Assembly: GCF_018977255.1 (NCBI RefSeq)
Contig: NW_024704769.1
Location: 2,232,001 to 2,296,000, forward strand
From: Callorhinchus milii
Lineage: Eukaryota
Reading direction: 5' to 3'
DNA length: 64,000 bases
The notes under the pieces were generated by a model that saw only the letters and a program-made list of their open reading frames with translations, made no database searches and had not been told where the DNA came from. Position numbers and translations under genes: made by a program. Positions 35,498 through 48,660 of the stretch are shown here, piece by piece (the stretch's first letter is position 1; the number at the start of each line of letters is the position of its first letter).

Positions 35498-37989
35498 GGG
35501 GCTGTGTGTGTGTGTGCAGGGATAGTGGTGCAGAAGTGTTGTGTGTGCGGGTGTTGTGTGTGCGGGTGTGGGGGGTTCGTGTGTGTGCGGGGGGCTAGGG
35601 TGGGGAGGGGGCTGCGGTGTGTGCAAGGGTGGGGTGGGGGGACAGGGTTGCGCACAGGGGTGGCTTCATTGCCAGTGGTGCAATCACTGGCTGTCTTTAC
35701 CAGATCGTGGGCACTTCCCTCCCTCCCCCCCCCCACCACCCCCTCCGCCCTCTGGTCTCACCACCTCACCTTTGTAACTGATGTTTGTGGGAGCTTCTTG
35801 GTCTCGTGGCTCCCCCTCACGGACATCTCCAGTAATGAGGGGAAGTGGGGTTGTTCAATCCCTGCCTCTCTCTCTCTCTCTCTCTCTCTGCCCCGGAGCA
35901 GGATCCGAACCGGCTCTGAGCCACGTGAAACAGTGGAAATAACACATGGCTCCGGACTGGGGCCGTTTTCAATCAGCCACAACCACCTCACGCCCGGAGG
36001 CACGTCCCGGAGACACCGTATAGCACACAACGCACGCGACGGGAGAAATAATGGAGCGGTTTGATTTTCCCCCACAACCTTCAGCAACTACACCCCTCAC
36101 TTCTGGAACTCCCTCCTCCTTACCCACGGTCTTGCTTGCACACCCCATCTCTACCCACCTTTAAATCCCACCTATCCCTTCGACCGCCCCCCCCCCCACC
36201 ACGCGCATTACCCCGCTCTGCGCCCAAAACTAACCCTCGTGGCAAAGCGCTCCGAGACATTATACTTGGGCCAAGGGATCTTTGCATAAGACGCAAATTG
36301 CTGCTTGGTTTGAGGTGTTGACCAAAAAAAAAAAAAAATGGTTACGCACAAATTTCCAACCCACATTCTTTGTTCAATCTATTTGTTTCCTTGACAGAAA
36401 AACTGACGAGAGAGAGAGAGAGAGAGACACAGAGGTGGTGGTGGGGTGGGGGGGGGGGGGGGGGGAAGGGGAGTGAAGAGAAAAGAGTTTCATTCTCAGA
36501 ACAGCAAAACATTCATAATGTAAAAACCCTTCAAATTTCATCGGCCTTTTTGGAGAGTTCCAGGAACCGAAGTTTTGTGGTTTGAATGACGCATATGTAC
36601 TTGTGAAAGTACAGTTATATTGCAGCAACTTTGAAGTGTTTTGACACTTGTTCGAAGCAGGACAGAAGAATTGTCCCATTCTGAGTTGAACGGGACACGA
36701 TCAACTGCTCATTGCCGTTACTGTACTGACAATAAGCGGCTCTGACAGTAATTACCTTTTGATGCACTTCGACGCGATAAGTTCCTTATCGTTCAGGGGT
36801 TCAAGAGGATTGATAAAAGATATATGCGCGCGTGTGCGTGTGCGTGTGAGAGAGACAGAGCGAAATAGTTGGGGAGAAAACCTAACAATACGATGCGGTT
36901 CACAACTTATGTCGCTCCTTTCGCATTGAGGGGACATCCCAAAACGCCGCACAAGTCTGGGTGGGCAGGTGCAAAGCCCCGTTTATATGTAAATTGTGTT
37001 GCGTTGGGAAGCCTTCTGGTGTGAAAGGCGCCATACAGATTTAATTTCTTGTTGTCGTACGATAAGCCGAGGGCGGGGGAGGGAAAGATGACCGAAAGCC
37101 TGTCAAATTGCATTCGATTCTGACTACCGCGAGGGAAGTCTTTCCTTCCTCCCTCCCTGGAACAGGGGGGTTTTCGGCCCAAAATTGTTTGCGGTGTTCA
37201 AAAAAAAAAAGAACGGCTTGAAAAAAAAATATTTTTCTGACAACTTTCTCACTCTCGTATCTCATTCATTTCCGATAACAAGCGTTAAGAGTACGTCCAG
37301 CCCGACCCTGAGCGACGCTCCTCAACCCCCAAGCCTGCGCTTGGCTTGTTGGACAACGCGAGACGATTTACATTTGTACAGGGTCTTTCACATCCGGGGG
37401 GAACCTTCCGAAGCATTCGCATCGTGTTCCAACATCCAAGAGGATTGACCCCAGAGGCATTTTCTGTTAAGAAATTGTCCAAATTGGGCCCCGTAAACGC
37501 CCAGTGGTCCCTCTCCCCCCACTTTTTGTTTAGAACAGCTGCTTACAGGATGGCTTAACCTCATATCCTTATAGACTTTGTGTCAGAGAGACAAGTTTCC
37601 AATATCTGGGTTGGGGGGTGGGGCAGAGAAGGGAAAATCCCTGTCTAGATTCTTGTAAATACACCTGTGGTGCTTTGTGTAAATTGTCTCAGCGGAAGCT
37701 TTCAGACCTTTTATGGCCTCTCTCTTATTCGGGTTGAGATTGATGGTCCATTTCTCCGAATGATTTGAAGGCGTTGGTTTTGACTCAAGAACCTCGAAGC
37801 TGCCTTTCCTGGAACCAGGAGAAAATGCAACTCTGTGCAACTATTCGCTTCCTGTTCCAACCGCAGAGCAGATTAACGCCAACCCTGTGCCACCCAGCCT
37901 AACCACCATCAGTGCCACATAGCCTAACCACCACCAACACCCCATCTCCCTCCACCTCCTCCTCCTCTCACCACCACCACCACTATAAC

Positions 37990-38630
37990 CCGCATGAAAC
38001 CAACCACCTACTCTCTCAACCCCCAGCCCTACCCCTCTCCTTACCTCCCAGCTCCACCTCCTTGCCCGTCATCAGAAACTTCTCCCTCATGGGTACCATT
38101 CTCACCCCTTTAAAAGCAGCCGCCATCACTCCCATCCTTAAAAAGCCCTCCCTGGACCCATCCCTGCTCTCCAACTACCACCTCATCCCCTTTCCTCTCC
38201 AATGTCCTTGAATGAGCCATTGCTTCCCAGCTTCACTCCTTCCTCTCCCACCACTCCCTTCATGAACCCCTTCCAATCGGGTTTCTGTGCCGCCCACAAC
38301 ACAGAAACCGCCCTGATCCAAAGTGACATTCTGTCGATCTGCGACCGGGGCTCCCTCTGCCTCCTCGTCCTCTCTACTGCTTTCGACAGTCGACCACTCT
38401 ATCCCCATCCACCGCCTCTCCTCTCACCTCAACAGTTGACCGTCAACAAGACCGAGGCTCTCCTGAATGGCTCCCGTCAGCGCCCCCACACCTCAAGCGC
38501 TGACAGCATCGCCACCCATGGTTGCACACTCCACCTTGCTAAGCCAGTCCCGAACCTTCGCGTCTCGTTTAACCCTCAACTATTCTTTCCATCCGTGCCA
38601 TGACCCACTCTGCCTTCCCCCACCTCAAGC
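37990..38630 (+). mobile_element. L2 LINE fragment
   Basis: AAAITPILKKPSLDPSLLSNY; NPFQSGFCAAHNTETALI; VNKTEALL. Confidence 0.85.
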
Positions 38631-38772
38631 CAACATACTTCCGTCCCGCAGTTCAGAGTGAAATTCAGGAACCTCCTGAGAGAAGCGTCAGCTCAGGATA
38701 TCACCCAGCGGCCCGGACCGGCAGGGATCTACAGAAAAACCGATCTGCTGAGAAAAACCGGGTGTTGACACC

Positions 38773-38795
38773 TTTATTGCAAAGCCACCTTTATT
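38773..38795 (-). terminator. Tandem AATAAA polyadenylation signals, probable DBNL 3' end
   Basis: TTTATT on the + strand at 38773-38778 and 38790-38795, ~1.45 kb past the DBNL stop codon. Confidence 0.55.
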
Positions 38796-40241
38796 GATAC
38801 CCAGTACAAAACAAAATTAACAAGCACAAGAGAAAGTGGCAGGGCAACGCGTATCTGCACTATGCAGAACTGTGAGCGATGAGGGACTTGTTTGAAAAGC
38901 GGCTTGCTGTTGACTAACCTGTTTTATTCTGTCAAGGGTGCTGGGGTGTAGCTGATTCCCACTGCTATCTCTGAACTCAGCCATCTACCATACACTTTGG
39001 AAATGATTTACACTTTGCGTGATTTCCCCCTCTTCCACCTGAAAATAAGACGCTCAGAAACAAAATGCTCGACTGTAAAACAACTGTTGACAGTGCAAGG
39101 CGCGACTTTTAATTTAAGGCTGTGGGGAAATCAGGGGATGGATCGAGATGGCAAAGGCGGGGTGTAGCTCAGTTACCCACCCACCCACACAGGCACACAC
39201 AGACTCCCTCACAGAGCTCAGGGTAGCCACACGCTCGCCCAGTGAGAAGGTCCGTCACTCAACAACTGTGACGAGTCTCTGGGAAAAACACCCTGCGGAC
39301 TGTGTGTGTAATGTCACAATGCAGCAGTAGATGGCCATTCCCACACTTGATGCAAAAATGGCCCCCACTAGGGGAGAGGGGGAATCTCTAGCCCTTTATT
39401 TCGGAGGCAAGCTTTTAAACTCCCACCGCAAGTCAATCAGCATAATCACAAAATCCAAGAGAAAGGAGGGGCTCAGGCCTGGGTTAGGGGGATAGAGGGG
39501 AGTAGTCCTGGGTTAGGTGGGAGGCAGAGGGGGACAGGCCTGGGTTAGTGAGGGGACAGAGGACCTCCTGTACCCACTAAGCGCGTAGAATATCTGTGAA
39601 GGATCTTTGCGAGGTATTAAACTGGGCCTTGCAATCAGTGCTAGGCCAAGCGTCCCCCTGAGGCTGACAATCCCATTACACGCTGGACAGTCAAACAAAA
39701 CTAAATCCCAATGAGTTTTCCCCCCACGTGTTTACGGACATAAAACATGGCCCCGACATGCACACGGCAGAGGATACAAAAGGTCACACCCAGGAAATAG
39801 GGTTTCAATGGAAACAATAATCTCCTGTGGCTTTGGTCACACAGTGAATGAGAAGGTTGGAGGTTGCACCAGCCCCCCCCCCCGCCCCTCGTTCTTCCCT
39901 CCCCCTCGCATCCGAATGCCCCAAATAAACATCCCAGGCCCTTGACCCAGGCCGGCTGTAAAGAAAGAGTCTGTCACATTGATGCAGCACTGTTCCTGGA
40001 GGAGCAGGGAGCTGGACTCCCACTGGCCAGGCTCCATGCCCCCCCCCAAACCCCCTTCGAAGCTCTGCTCCTCTCCCACACCAGGCTCTGCCCTCCCCAG
40101 CCAGGATCCGTGCCCCACCCCCAACACCCACCTCAAGGCTCCACTCCCTCCCCACACCACATCAGGCTCCACACTCCCCAGCCAGGCTCTGCCCCCTGCC
40201 AGGCAGCGCCCCCACCCCACCCCCACCCCGGCTCCGGGCCA

Positions 40242-41379
40242 TTAACCGCTCAGCAACTCCACGTAGTTGGCCGGGAACATCCCGAAGCTGCCGTCGCGGC
40301 CAAAGCCGCGCCACCAGCCCTCGTCAATCATCTCGATGTTGGTGATGATGTCGTCGGGGTCAAAGGAGATCTCGGTGTCATCGGCTGCCAACGGGGAAAC
40401 ACAGGGAGTCAGGGCCGGGGAGCCAGTGGAGGCTGGCGAGGGCTGGGGTGATGGGGTTTAGTGTGTGTGATAGGGAGCCAGTGGAGCCTGGCGAGGTCTG
40501 GGGTGATGGGGAACAGAGATTTGTGGAGGTGAGAATCTGGGCGGCGGAGTTCTGAATGAAGTGTATTTAGTATTTAGTGGAGCTGGGGAGGGCAGCGAGG
40601 AGGAGGGTTGGAATAGTCCAGCCGGGAAGTGACGAAGGAGTGGACGAGGGTTTTGGCTGTTGTGGGGCGGAGGCGGGTAAAAAAGCATTCCTGGTCAGGG
40701 AACGGAGGTGGGGGAGAAAGGAAGTTGACTCCTGAATTGCGCATAGGTTCGGAGAGCCTGAGGGAGAGCCAGGGGAGGTTGAGGAGTTCAGACCCGGGAA
40801 GACGTTGACGGGAGTGTATGGCTTCTGTCTTGCTGACATTCAGCTGCAGGAAATTTGCGCTCATTCAGGCCTTGATGTCCATCAGACAAGCTGACAGGAC
40901 ATCAGTGGACTGGGGAAGTAAATTTGAGTGACGTCATCTGCATACACGTTGAAATTGACCCCATGTCTGCAGGTGGCATCGCTGGGAGGGAGCATAATAT
41001 AGATGAGGAAAAGAAGGGGGACAGGGATGGAGCTTTGGGGTACCCCACAGGTGACCGGGGTGGTGTTGGTGGGGGCGAGAGGAAAAAATATTGGCCGAGA
41101 TGAAATGCTGGTGGTTGGTTAAGCAGGACTTGAAACAAACACAAAAAAAAGGCAGGGGTGCACAAGGGGAGGGGTGATAGGGGTGTAGAAGGGTAGAAGG
41201 ATGCACGGGGGGGTGGGGGAACGAGAGAAGGAACAGTGTGAATGGGGAGATGCTGAGAATCACTGGTACCTACCAGCTTGGTAATCATACAGCGCCCGGG
41301 CACACAGCCCTTTGTCGTTCACCTGCTCCACCTGGGCAGATGTGGTGTTTATGCCGTCCGCAGTCACCTCTCCCCCAAC
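40242..41379 (-). CDS. DBNL: Drebrin-like protein, last two exons (SH3 domain)
   Basis: Exons 41274-41379 ([35 protein letters not shown]) and 40242-40384 ([47 protein letters not shown]), with canonical splice sites. Confidence 0.92.
40560..41130 (-). mobile_element. L2 LINE fragment in the last DBNL intron
   Basis: [15 protein letters not shown]...VTSRLDYSN. Confidence 0.8.
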
Positions 41380-41662
41380 CTGAGGGGAAGGTGGACAGAT
41401 ATGTGAGCTCTGTGTGCCCGGACATACAGTATGTTACAATCACCCCCTCCAGTGCATGAGTGTGTGTGAGTGAGAGTGCGTGTGCCTGTGAGTCTGAGTG
41501 TCTGTGTGAGAGTGAGTGTGTGTGCGAGAGTGTGTGAGAGAGGCAAGACCGTAACTCATGTCAAAAATATTTGAGATTAAACGTGGATCGGGTCATGTGG
41601 GGTGGAGGATTTTATTACTGTTTTATTACTAATTTACTTACCCTGATCTTTACTCCCCGCAG

Positions 41663-44600
41663 ACAGGTGAAGGAGTGAAAGATGCCAGAAAAGGAATATG
41701 TGCCAATCACGTGAGCACGATTGCCAACTTCTTAAAGGTAAGCTGCGTTCGTCTCCTCCCAATTATTTTGATCTACCAGACCAAATATGGTCCAGTAGTT
41801 CTACTCCCAAACGAAGCACAGGTTACTGAGCCCATTGGAATTACATTTTCCAGTTTGACTCTGGGACCTCGCTTTGCCTGGAACTGAAGTGGAACTGAAG
41901 CCTCCTCTGTCTGGCAGTGAAAACTGTGTGAAGCGAATGTCAGCATGTTTTGCTCAATCTCACAGTCAGCATCAAGTTGCCTCTGTGACCGGTTGATGTG
42001 TAAAGGCGCTGACGGGTGTAGCACAGCAGTGACAGGCGCTGGGTTAGGTGTCTGGCTCAGTGCTGGTCCAACAAGCTGGGGGCGGGGGCTGCTGTGTAGA
42101 AGCGGTAGTTATTATAATAATAATCCTTACGTTTGCTACAGCGCCTTTCACGTCAGGTGATCATCTCAAAGCGCTTCACATGTTTTCACTGTAACGTGTA
42201 GTGACTGTGCGGGTCATAGGAACCGCAGCAGCAGCCAATTTGCGCAGAGCAACGCCTCTGTTATGGTGGATTTACACTTGTGTGGGCTAACACCTAAAAA
42301 GACTCGGCAGAGACAGAAAGCTGATCCTCCACAGGTCAGGGAACCACCTTAGCCTGGTGAGGATCGGGGGGAGAGAGAGAGAGAGAGAGAGCGATCAGGC
42401 TGTGGGATTGTAGAGGAGGCTGGAATTCTGTAGAAGTGCCGCTGTGTGAAGCAGAGGGATCAGGCTGAGGTGGATATCACTGACAGCCGTGACTCTCCTG
42501 CCCTCCAGGGAGCCCACGTGACCATTAACGCCCGGGGCGACGAGGATGTGGAGCCTGAGGTCATCATGGATAAAGTCGGCAAAGCCTCAGGGGCCAACTA
42601 CAACTTCCACAAGGAGTCGTCTCGCTTCCAGGACACAGGCCCACAAGCTCCTGTGGTGAGTTCCAGCTAGTGCTGTGTGTGTGTGGGGAACCCTAACAGC
42701 AGCTTCCAGCAAAGAAACCCACTCCCCCGCACCCCGCCCTTCCTTGTCCCAGCGCTCCACTCGAGCACCAGCCTGGACTGCGAGCTCCCAAGTCCTGACG
42801 TGCAGATTGAGCCAATAACCTTCTTGAGCCGGACTGGTTGGTGAGGTGCTGAGCATCTCAGGCCTCTTCTGAGAGCTGCTCACACCAAGGGGTCAGATGT
42901 TTGCTTGGGTGGGGGGTGAAGAGCAGGTGGAGGTCACTTTGGGATTGTGAGTTTTGGTGGGTTGCTGCGCTGTGAGCTGTGGAGATGGCCTCACTGTTTG
43001 CTCTCCTTTGTTTCAGGGCTCGGTCTATCAGAAAGTGAACGCCATGTCTGAAATCCACAAAACTAACAAAGACAGCTTCTGGGCACAGCAGGAGGTAAGG
43101 TCAGGCCAAAGGGAGTGGTTTCAGAGGGTGTCTCACTGTGTACTGTTAGTTTCTCTCTCTCCCCTCTCTCTGTCTATCTATCTCTCCTCTCTCTCTCTCT
43201 CCCCTCTCGCTCTCTGTCACTCTCTACCCCCACTCTCTCCCTCTCTCTCTCCCTGTCTATCTCTCTCCCCCTCCTCTCTCTTCCCTGTCCCCGCTCCTCT
43301 CTTTTGCGACCTTCCTCCCTCATTCTCTCTCTCTCTCTCTCGCTGGCTCTCTGTTGCTAGTCGATTGGGTATGGAGGAAAATGGCAGCTAAATAGGACTG
43401 AAAACATTGCTGGTAAAGGGGCCGGCACAGGCTGCACGCACGCATGCACGCACCACACACACACACTCGCAGTGATCGCTTAGAATTCGAAGTTAGCACA
43501 GCAGACACCAGACGCTGCCCTTGACCGGTCCATTGTAACGCACACCCTGCCTTGGGAAGGTGACCATTTCAGGCCGGGGCTGACCTCATACAGTAAACTT
43601 CCTAAAAGTTCCTAAAACTTCTGCTTGTTTAATTTATGAACTTTTCTAGTTCCTCTCTAAAACTCTTTGCAGTTCCCTGTTCCTGCACCATATAAAGATT
43701 CCCCTGCTCGGCCTCTTGTTCCTGTATTGTAGCTGCGTTTACTCAACCCCACTCTTTCCCACCCCCCACACACACACACACTTACGTACATAGAAACACA
43801 CTCACGTACAGACACACACTTACATACGTATACACATATATATATATATACACACGCAATTAATATATACAGACTCACACCTATACACACACACACACTT
43901 CCCCATTTTTCCTGGCAGAAAAAAAACAATGTAATGTAATCTTCCAAACCCTTCAATACATTATAGGGCATGTTGGGAGAATGTTCCCAAGCGTTAGCAC
44001 TGCAGACTGGATACCTGAGCTGGGGTTGGGATCCGAGGTGAGGTGGGGAAAGACCGAAAGCGCAGGGTAAAAATTGGCTGCCACATTCATCCACAAAAAA
44101 AAACACAGCGATTTAATGTAAAATCTTGCCAAGCGCCATCAGAGGTCCTCCCAACTTCATTATTATTATTGTTACAATTCTGATGTTTGGGAACCGAGCT
44201 CCCGATTAACCACAAGATCTTCTCGAGGCAGAAAGATGAGGTGGTCCGGCGTGGCGACGAGAAGAAGAAAGCGGCTTTGGAACAGGAACGTTTGGAGAGG
44301 GAGCGGAAGGACAGGGAGCAGAAGGAGAACGAGAATCGGGAGCTCAAGTTCAAGGAAAGGTCCAGTCAGATCGAAGCCCAAAAGTGAGTCCACGTGCTAC
44401 ATGGTTTGTGCTCCCTACACAGCACTGGAGGAGAGGACTGAGAATTATCTTTGAGCGCATACGTGTTTGAAAACGTATCGGCACTGTGCTGGGGAGACTC
44501 ATTAGTAGCCGGCCAGTAATCCCACAGCTCACTTTACACTTATAAGGTGTAGTGACTGTTTTTTTGTGTGTCAGCCTGGCTCAGTGATAGCGCCATCGCC

Positions 44601-47600
44601 TCTCGAGTCAGTAGGTTGTGGGTTCAAGTGAATTGAAGGGAGTTTCGCCCTGTGTCCTGGCCAACAATCCCCCAAATAAAAAAAAATACGGTCACTCAAT
44701 CCATGACTGTTTTGTGTGCACAATTGGCTGCTGCGTTTCGCCTACAAAATGCATAGTCTGTCCTCTTTATAGTCTATTTATTCTGTGAAGCGCTTTGAGA
44801 CGTCTTGATGATGTGACAGGGCGCAATATCAAACGCAAGGAGCATTATTATTATTTTGTCAGCAGCCAGTTTGCGCACGTCGTCGCCACAGCCACACAAG
44901 GTGAAGTCTGATTAATCCTGACTCTTGTGTTTTAGGCAGTTCCAGAAAAAACAAGACAGTCAAAGCCGGGAGCATGAGAAACAGCGCTGGGTAAGTGTGG
45001 CTCACATTGACCTCGGGCAGGGTTGGGGGAAGGGGTTTAGTGGGACACATAAGCTCAGACCCTGCTCTTCCTAAATGCCAGAAGCTTTCCTGTCGTCCCA
45101 GATTACAGAACACCCATAGGCCTAGCTACATTAGGGGCGGGTGGCCAGGATAACCCATCCACCCATGGCCTGGTCAGATTGTAGGCTGTTGTTGTCTAAT
45201 TGGACCCACCCAACCTTTGACTAACCTTTTATTCTTTATATTCTAACAAAATACCTTAGGGTTCCCTTTTATGTTACCCGCTAATCTTTTCTCATACAAT
45301 CCCTTTGCCCCTCTTATTTCCTGTTTCAGTCTCCTCTGTACTTTCTATATTCTATTTGATTATCTTCTATCCCAATGACTCTCCCATCCTCCTCACCACT
45401 ATCTCGCAGATGAAGACCAACCAGTTGCTGGTCACCCAACTCCCCCTTCTCTCCCCGCTGCTGGCCGACACAGTCAACAGTCGCTCTCCTCAGGTTCTGT
45501 TCCTCTCCCCCATAAAACCGCTGCCTTCACTCCTCTCCTCAAAAAATCCACCCTTCATCCTTCCAACTTCACAAATTACCGACCCATTTCCAACCTGCCC
45601 TTCCTAGTGAAGCTCTGGAACATGTTGTCGCTAACCGGCTTTGCTCCCACCTCTCCCTCCTCGAGACCCTCCAGTGTAATTTCCGGCCTGTCCAAAGCAC
45701 AGAGGTGTCTGTGTCTGTGTTTCCTGTTGGTGCCTGTGTTTCCCGTTTATAATGTTGTCGCTGTGGCTTCGCACCTTATCTTTCAGGAGGAACAGGAGAA
45801 GGAGCATCAGGCTATAATGAAGAAAGGCATCAAGAGAAGTGAATCCATTGAGAAGGCCACGGTAACAAGACTCTTCCTTTTTTTTCCCCCACCCCGACAT
45901 TCCCCAACTCCGACCTCAGGCAGAGCGCTGTGTTTCTCTGTGCAGGGAGGTGGGTGGTGCTGTGTTACTATGTGTGTGTGTCAATGTTAATATAAATACC
46001 GAGGCGTGTTTATTCCTCTACAGGAGGCAGCATCTGTTATCTCCCAGAGATCATCGAATCCCAGGAACCTGTTCCAGGATCGGGAACGGAGCAGGCCTGG
46101 AGACGCTTCACTTGCTGCCAACCATCAGCCAGGTAACGAGAGCAAGACCTGGGGGAGAGGGAGAGGGGAGAACGAGCTCAGCTCAGCAGTGAGCACCTGA
46201 GCTGTCTGTAAATGTCTAGGATCTGCTGCTCTTGTGGGTGACAGTATGTGAGGTGTTGAGAAGTCTCCCTCGATCGGCTGTGGGTGACGGCCTCCGACAC
46301 TGGCTTCCCCTGGTGCTGAGGGCTTTCGTGGTGGCGATTCATACTTCGTGTTAACAGTAATAATCCTTGCATTTGATATAGTGCATTGTCCCATCGTCGA
46401 GACGTCACTAAGCTCTTCCCAGGATATATACCGTAAAGTGGTACGTGCGAGCATGCGTTTTGCGGCTGACGTTAAAGGGTTCACGTAGCAACGCTCAGGG
46501 TGTCTGTTCATTGCTCATGTCACAGCCGGCTTCAGTGTTACCAGAATAGTGCTCTGTGGGCGTGAGCGTGGGCTTCTGCACTGGCTGTGGATGTGCGAGC
46601 CTGCCTCTGGGAGGGAGAGTCTGGCTTTACGCCGTTTGTAATTATAAATAGCAAACCAGAAGCAGAAGCGTGAGATTGGGTTGCAGTTCGCACATCGTGC
46701 GGCCGGCACTTTTCAGGAAGATGGGCCGGCAAATCGGCAGCATCGGGGACCGTCAATGTATCTTGCTGCCTGCCTGTGTGTGTGTTGCTGCCTGCCTGTG
46801 TGTGTGTGTTGCTGCCTGTCTGTGTGTGTGTGTATGTGTTGCTGCCTGCCTGTGTGTGTGTGTGTTGCTGCCTGCCTGTGTGTGTGTGTTGCTGCCTGCC
46901 TGTGTGTGTGTGTGTGTGTTGCTGCCTGCCTGCCTGTGTGTGTATGTGTTGCTGCCTGCCTGCCTATGTGTGTTGCTGCCTGCCAGTGTGTATGGCTGCC
47001 TGCCTGTGCGTGCATGTGTTGCTGCCTGCCTGTATGTGTGTGTTTTGCTGCCTGCCTGCGTGAGCGCGTGTGTTGCTACATGAGTGAGTGTGCGTGCGTT
47101 GCCTGTGTGTGTGTGTGTGCGTGTGCGTGCACGTGTGTTGCTGCCTGTGTGTTGCTTGCCATGTTTTATCATTGCTTTTCCTGCCAGGGAAGCTGAGGAG
47201 CCCATTCCTGCAGTCACAGCTCAGCCAGCCCGAGCCCCCTCCCTCTCCGCCCCGCAAGGCTGTGCAGCCAGAGGCTAAAGGTTGGCAAGTCCTCGTGTGG
47301 GGCGAGTGCATGCTGTGGTTGTGGGCTGTGGTTTGGGGGCCGTCGAGCTTGTAATTCACCGCCCGCAAAATTTCATTGGGGGGCGGTGGTGGGGAGGGGG
47401 AAGTATCCCCAAAAGTAATTTCAATCTCGGTCAACAGCGGCAGAGAGGCCCGAGGTACAGGAGGATCCTCAGCCACAAGCCGAGGTGACGGGTAAGTCAC
47501 AATCCCGCCCGTATTCACAATAATAATAATAATAATCCTCGTGCCTTCTCACGGCTTCAAGCCCCTCACAGGAGTTTACTGTGAAGTGTAGTGACTCTGC

Positions 47601-47952
47601 GCACAGTGCAGACTGTGTGTACCGCGCGCACCCAGCCTCTAAACACACCAGCCTCGTCATCGCTGGGAGCTCCCTCAATCAGACAGCATAACCATCACTC
47701 CCCTCCTCCCCCAGACACACATTCCACCCCCCCCCAGCACACCAACCTCCACACCACCTGCGCAAAGCCTCCCCCCCCACCTCTTGAACACCATTTGCTG
47801 TTTTCTCTCCCGCAGATGAGAAGGACGGAGACGAGGATGATCACAACTGGAAGTTGCACCATTCCGAAACGCTGGAGCACGAGGACCTGTACCAGGAACC
47901 ACAGGAGGATATTTATCAGGATCCTGAGCAGGGATGTGAAGATCCGTCAACA
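41663..47952 (+). CDS. DBNL: Drebrin-like protein, nine internal exons (C-terminal ADF-H, helical, Pro-rich and Tyr-motif regions), on the strand opposite its SH3 exons
   Basis: Exons 41663-41737, 42509-42655, 43017-43094, 44232-44383, 44936-44990, 45787-45861, 46024-46132, 47188-47280, 47816-47952, all in phase. Protein: [62 protein letters not shown].../[13 protein letters not shown].../.../GKLRSPFLQ.../[14 protein letters not shown]. Confidence 0.92.
46760..47160. repeat. Compound tandem repeat (gttgctgcctgcctgtgtgtgt)n
   Basis: About 15 imperfect copies; the source of the spurious Cys-rich ORFs. Confidence 0.9.
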
Positions 47953-48083
47953 GTAAGTGACTGTCAGCTCAGGGTCTCTATATGTCGTCGTCCCCCCACT
48001 TCCACCAGCGCTGTGTTCCTGTAGCCGACGGCATCTTTCAGACAGTGAGAGGAATTGACAGGTTACTTACTGAATCTCACACG

Positions 48084-48108
48084 NNNNNNNNNNNNNNNNN
48101 NNNNNNNN
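48084..48108. other. Assembly gap (25 N)
   Basis: Run of N. Confidence 1.
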
Positions 48109-48660
48109 GTCGTCGTCGGCGTTGTTGTTGTTGTTGTTGGGGAGGGGAGACGGTGACAACAACGAACCCGGCGGGAGTGGGCGGGAGTGGGGGACGGGGG
48201 GTGGTGGGGGGGTATCGTTATATTAAAGTTATTTATTCCCCCTCAACAAATGAAATGGGGGTGAGTTGGGGGGGGAGGGGGTGTGGGGGGGAAAGGGGGA
48301 AAATGTTTTGTCCCTCAAAATAATTAACAACAGTAAATGATGGTTCACAATCAACAACGACAGCGAACGCAAAGCAGAGATTAAACCATTAGGGACACAC
48401 GATATAGACCGAAACAAACCACCCGATCATTGCAGACGACGGTGATTTAGAGAAGCAGAAGAATGAATAATTAATGATTAATAATAATAATAATAATAAA
48501 GTGGGAACGCGTCGCCGGCGGAACCCGGCGCGGGGGACCGCGGGGGGTGGGGGGGACCGCTGTGGGGGACGGACCAGAGCCCCGGCGCGCGCGCGCGGCT
48601 TCCGGCGGCTTCCGGCGGCCATCATGGGCCGCAGCCGCTCCCGCTCCCCGCCCCGCCGCG
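48109..48660. promoter_or_regulatory. CpG-rich promoter of SNRNP27, probably bidirectional with DBNL
   Basis: High CpG density, tandem GGCGGG boxes (~48170-48187), two CTTCCGG ETS motifs and a YY1-like GGCCATC directly before the ATG. Confidence 0.6.

Noticed and set aside
40242-41379. Separate SH3-only gene (cortactin/HCLS1-like) on the minus strand
   Set aside because: The sequence is DBNL-type and in phase with the last plus-strand DBNL exon. There is no room for its own upstream exons.
46670-47217. Cys-rich keratin-associated or metallothionein-like ORFs
   Set aside because: They arise from the (gttgctgcctgcctgtgtgt)n repeat inside a DBNL intron and are open in several frames.
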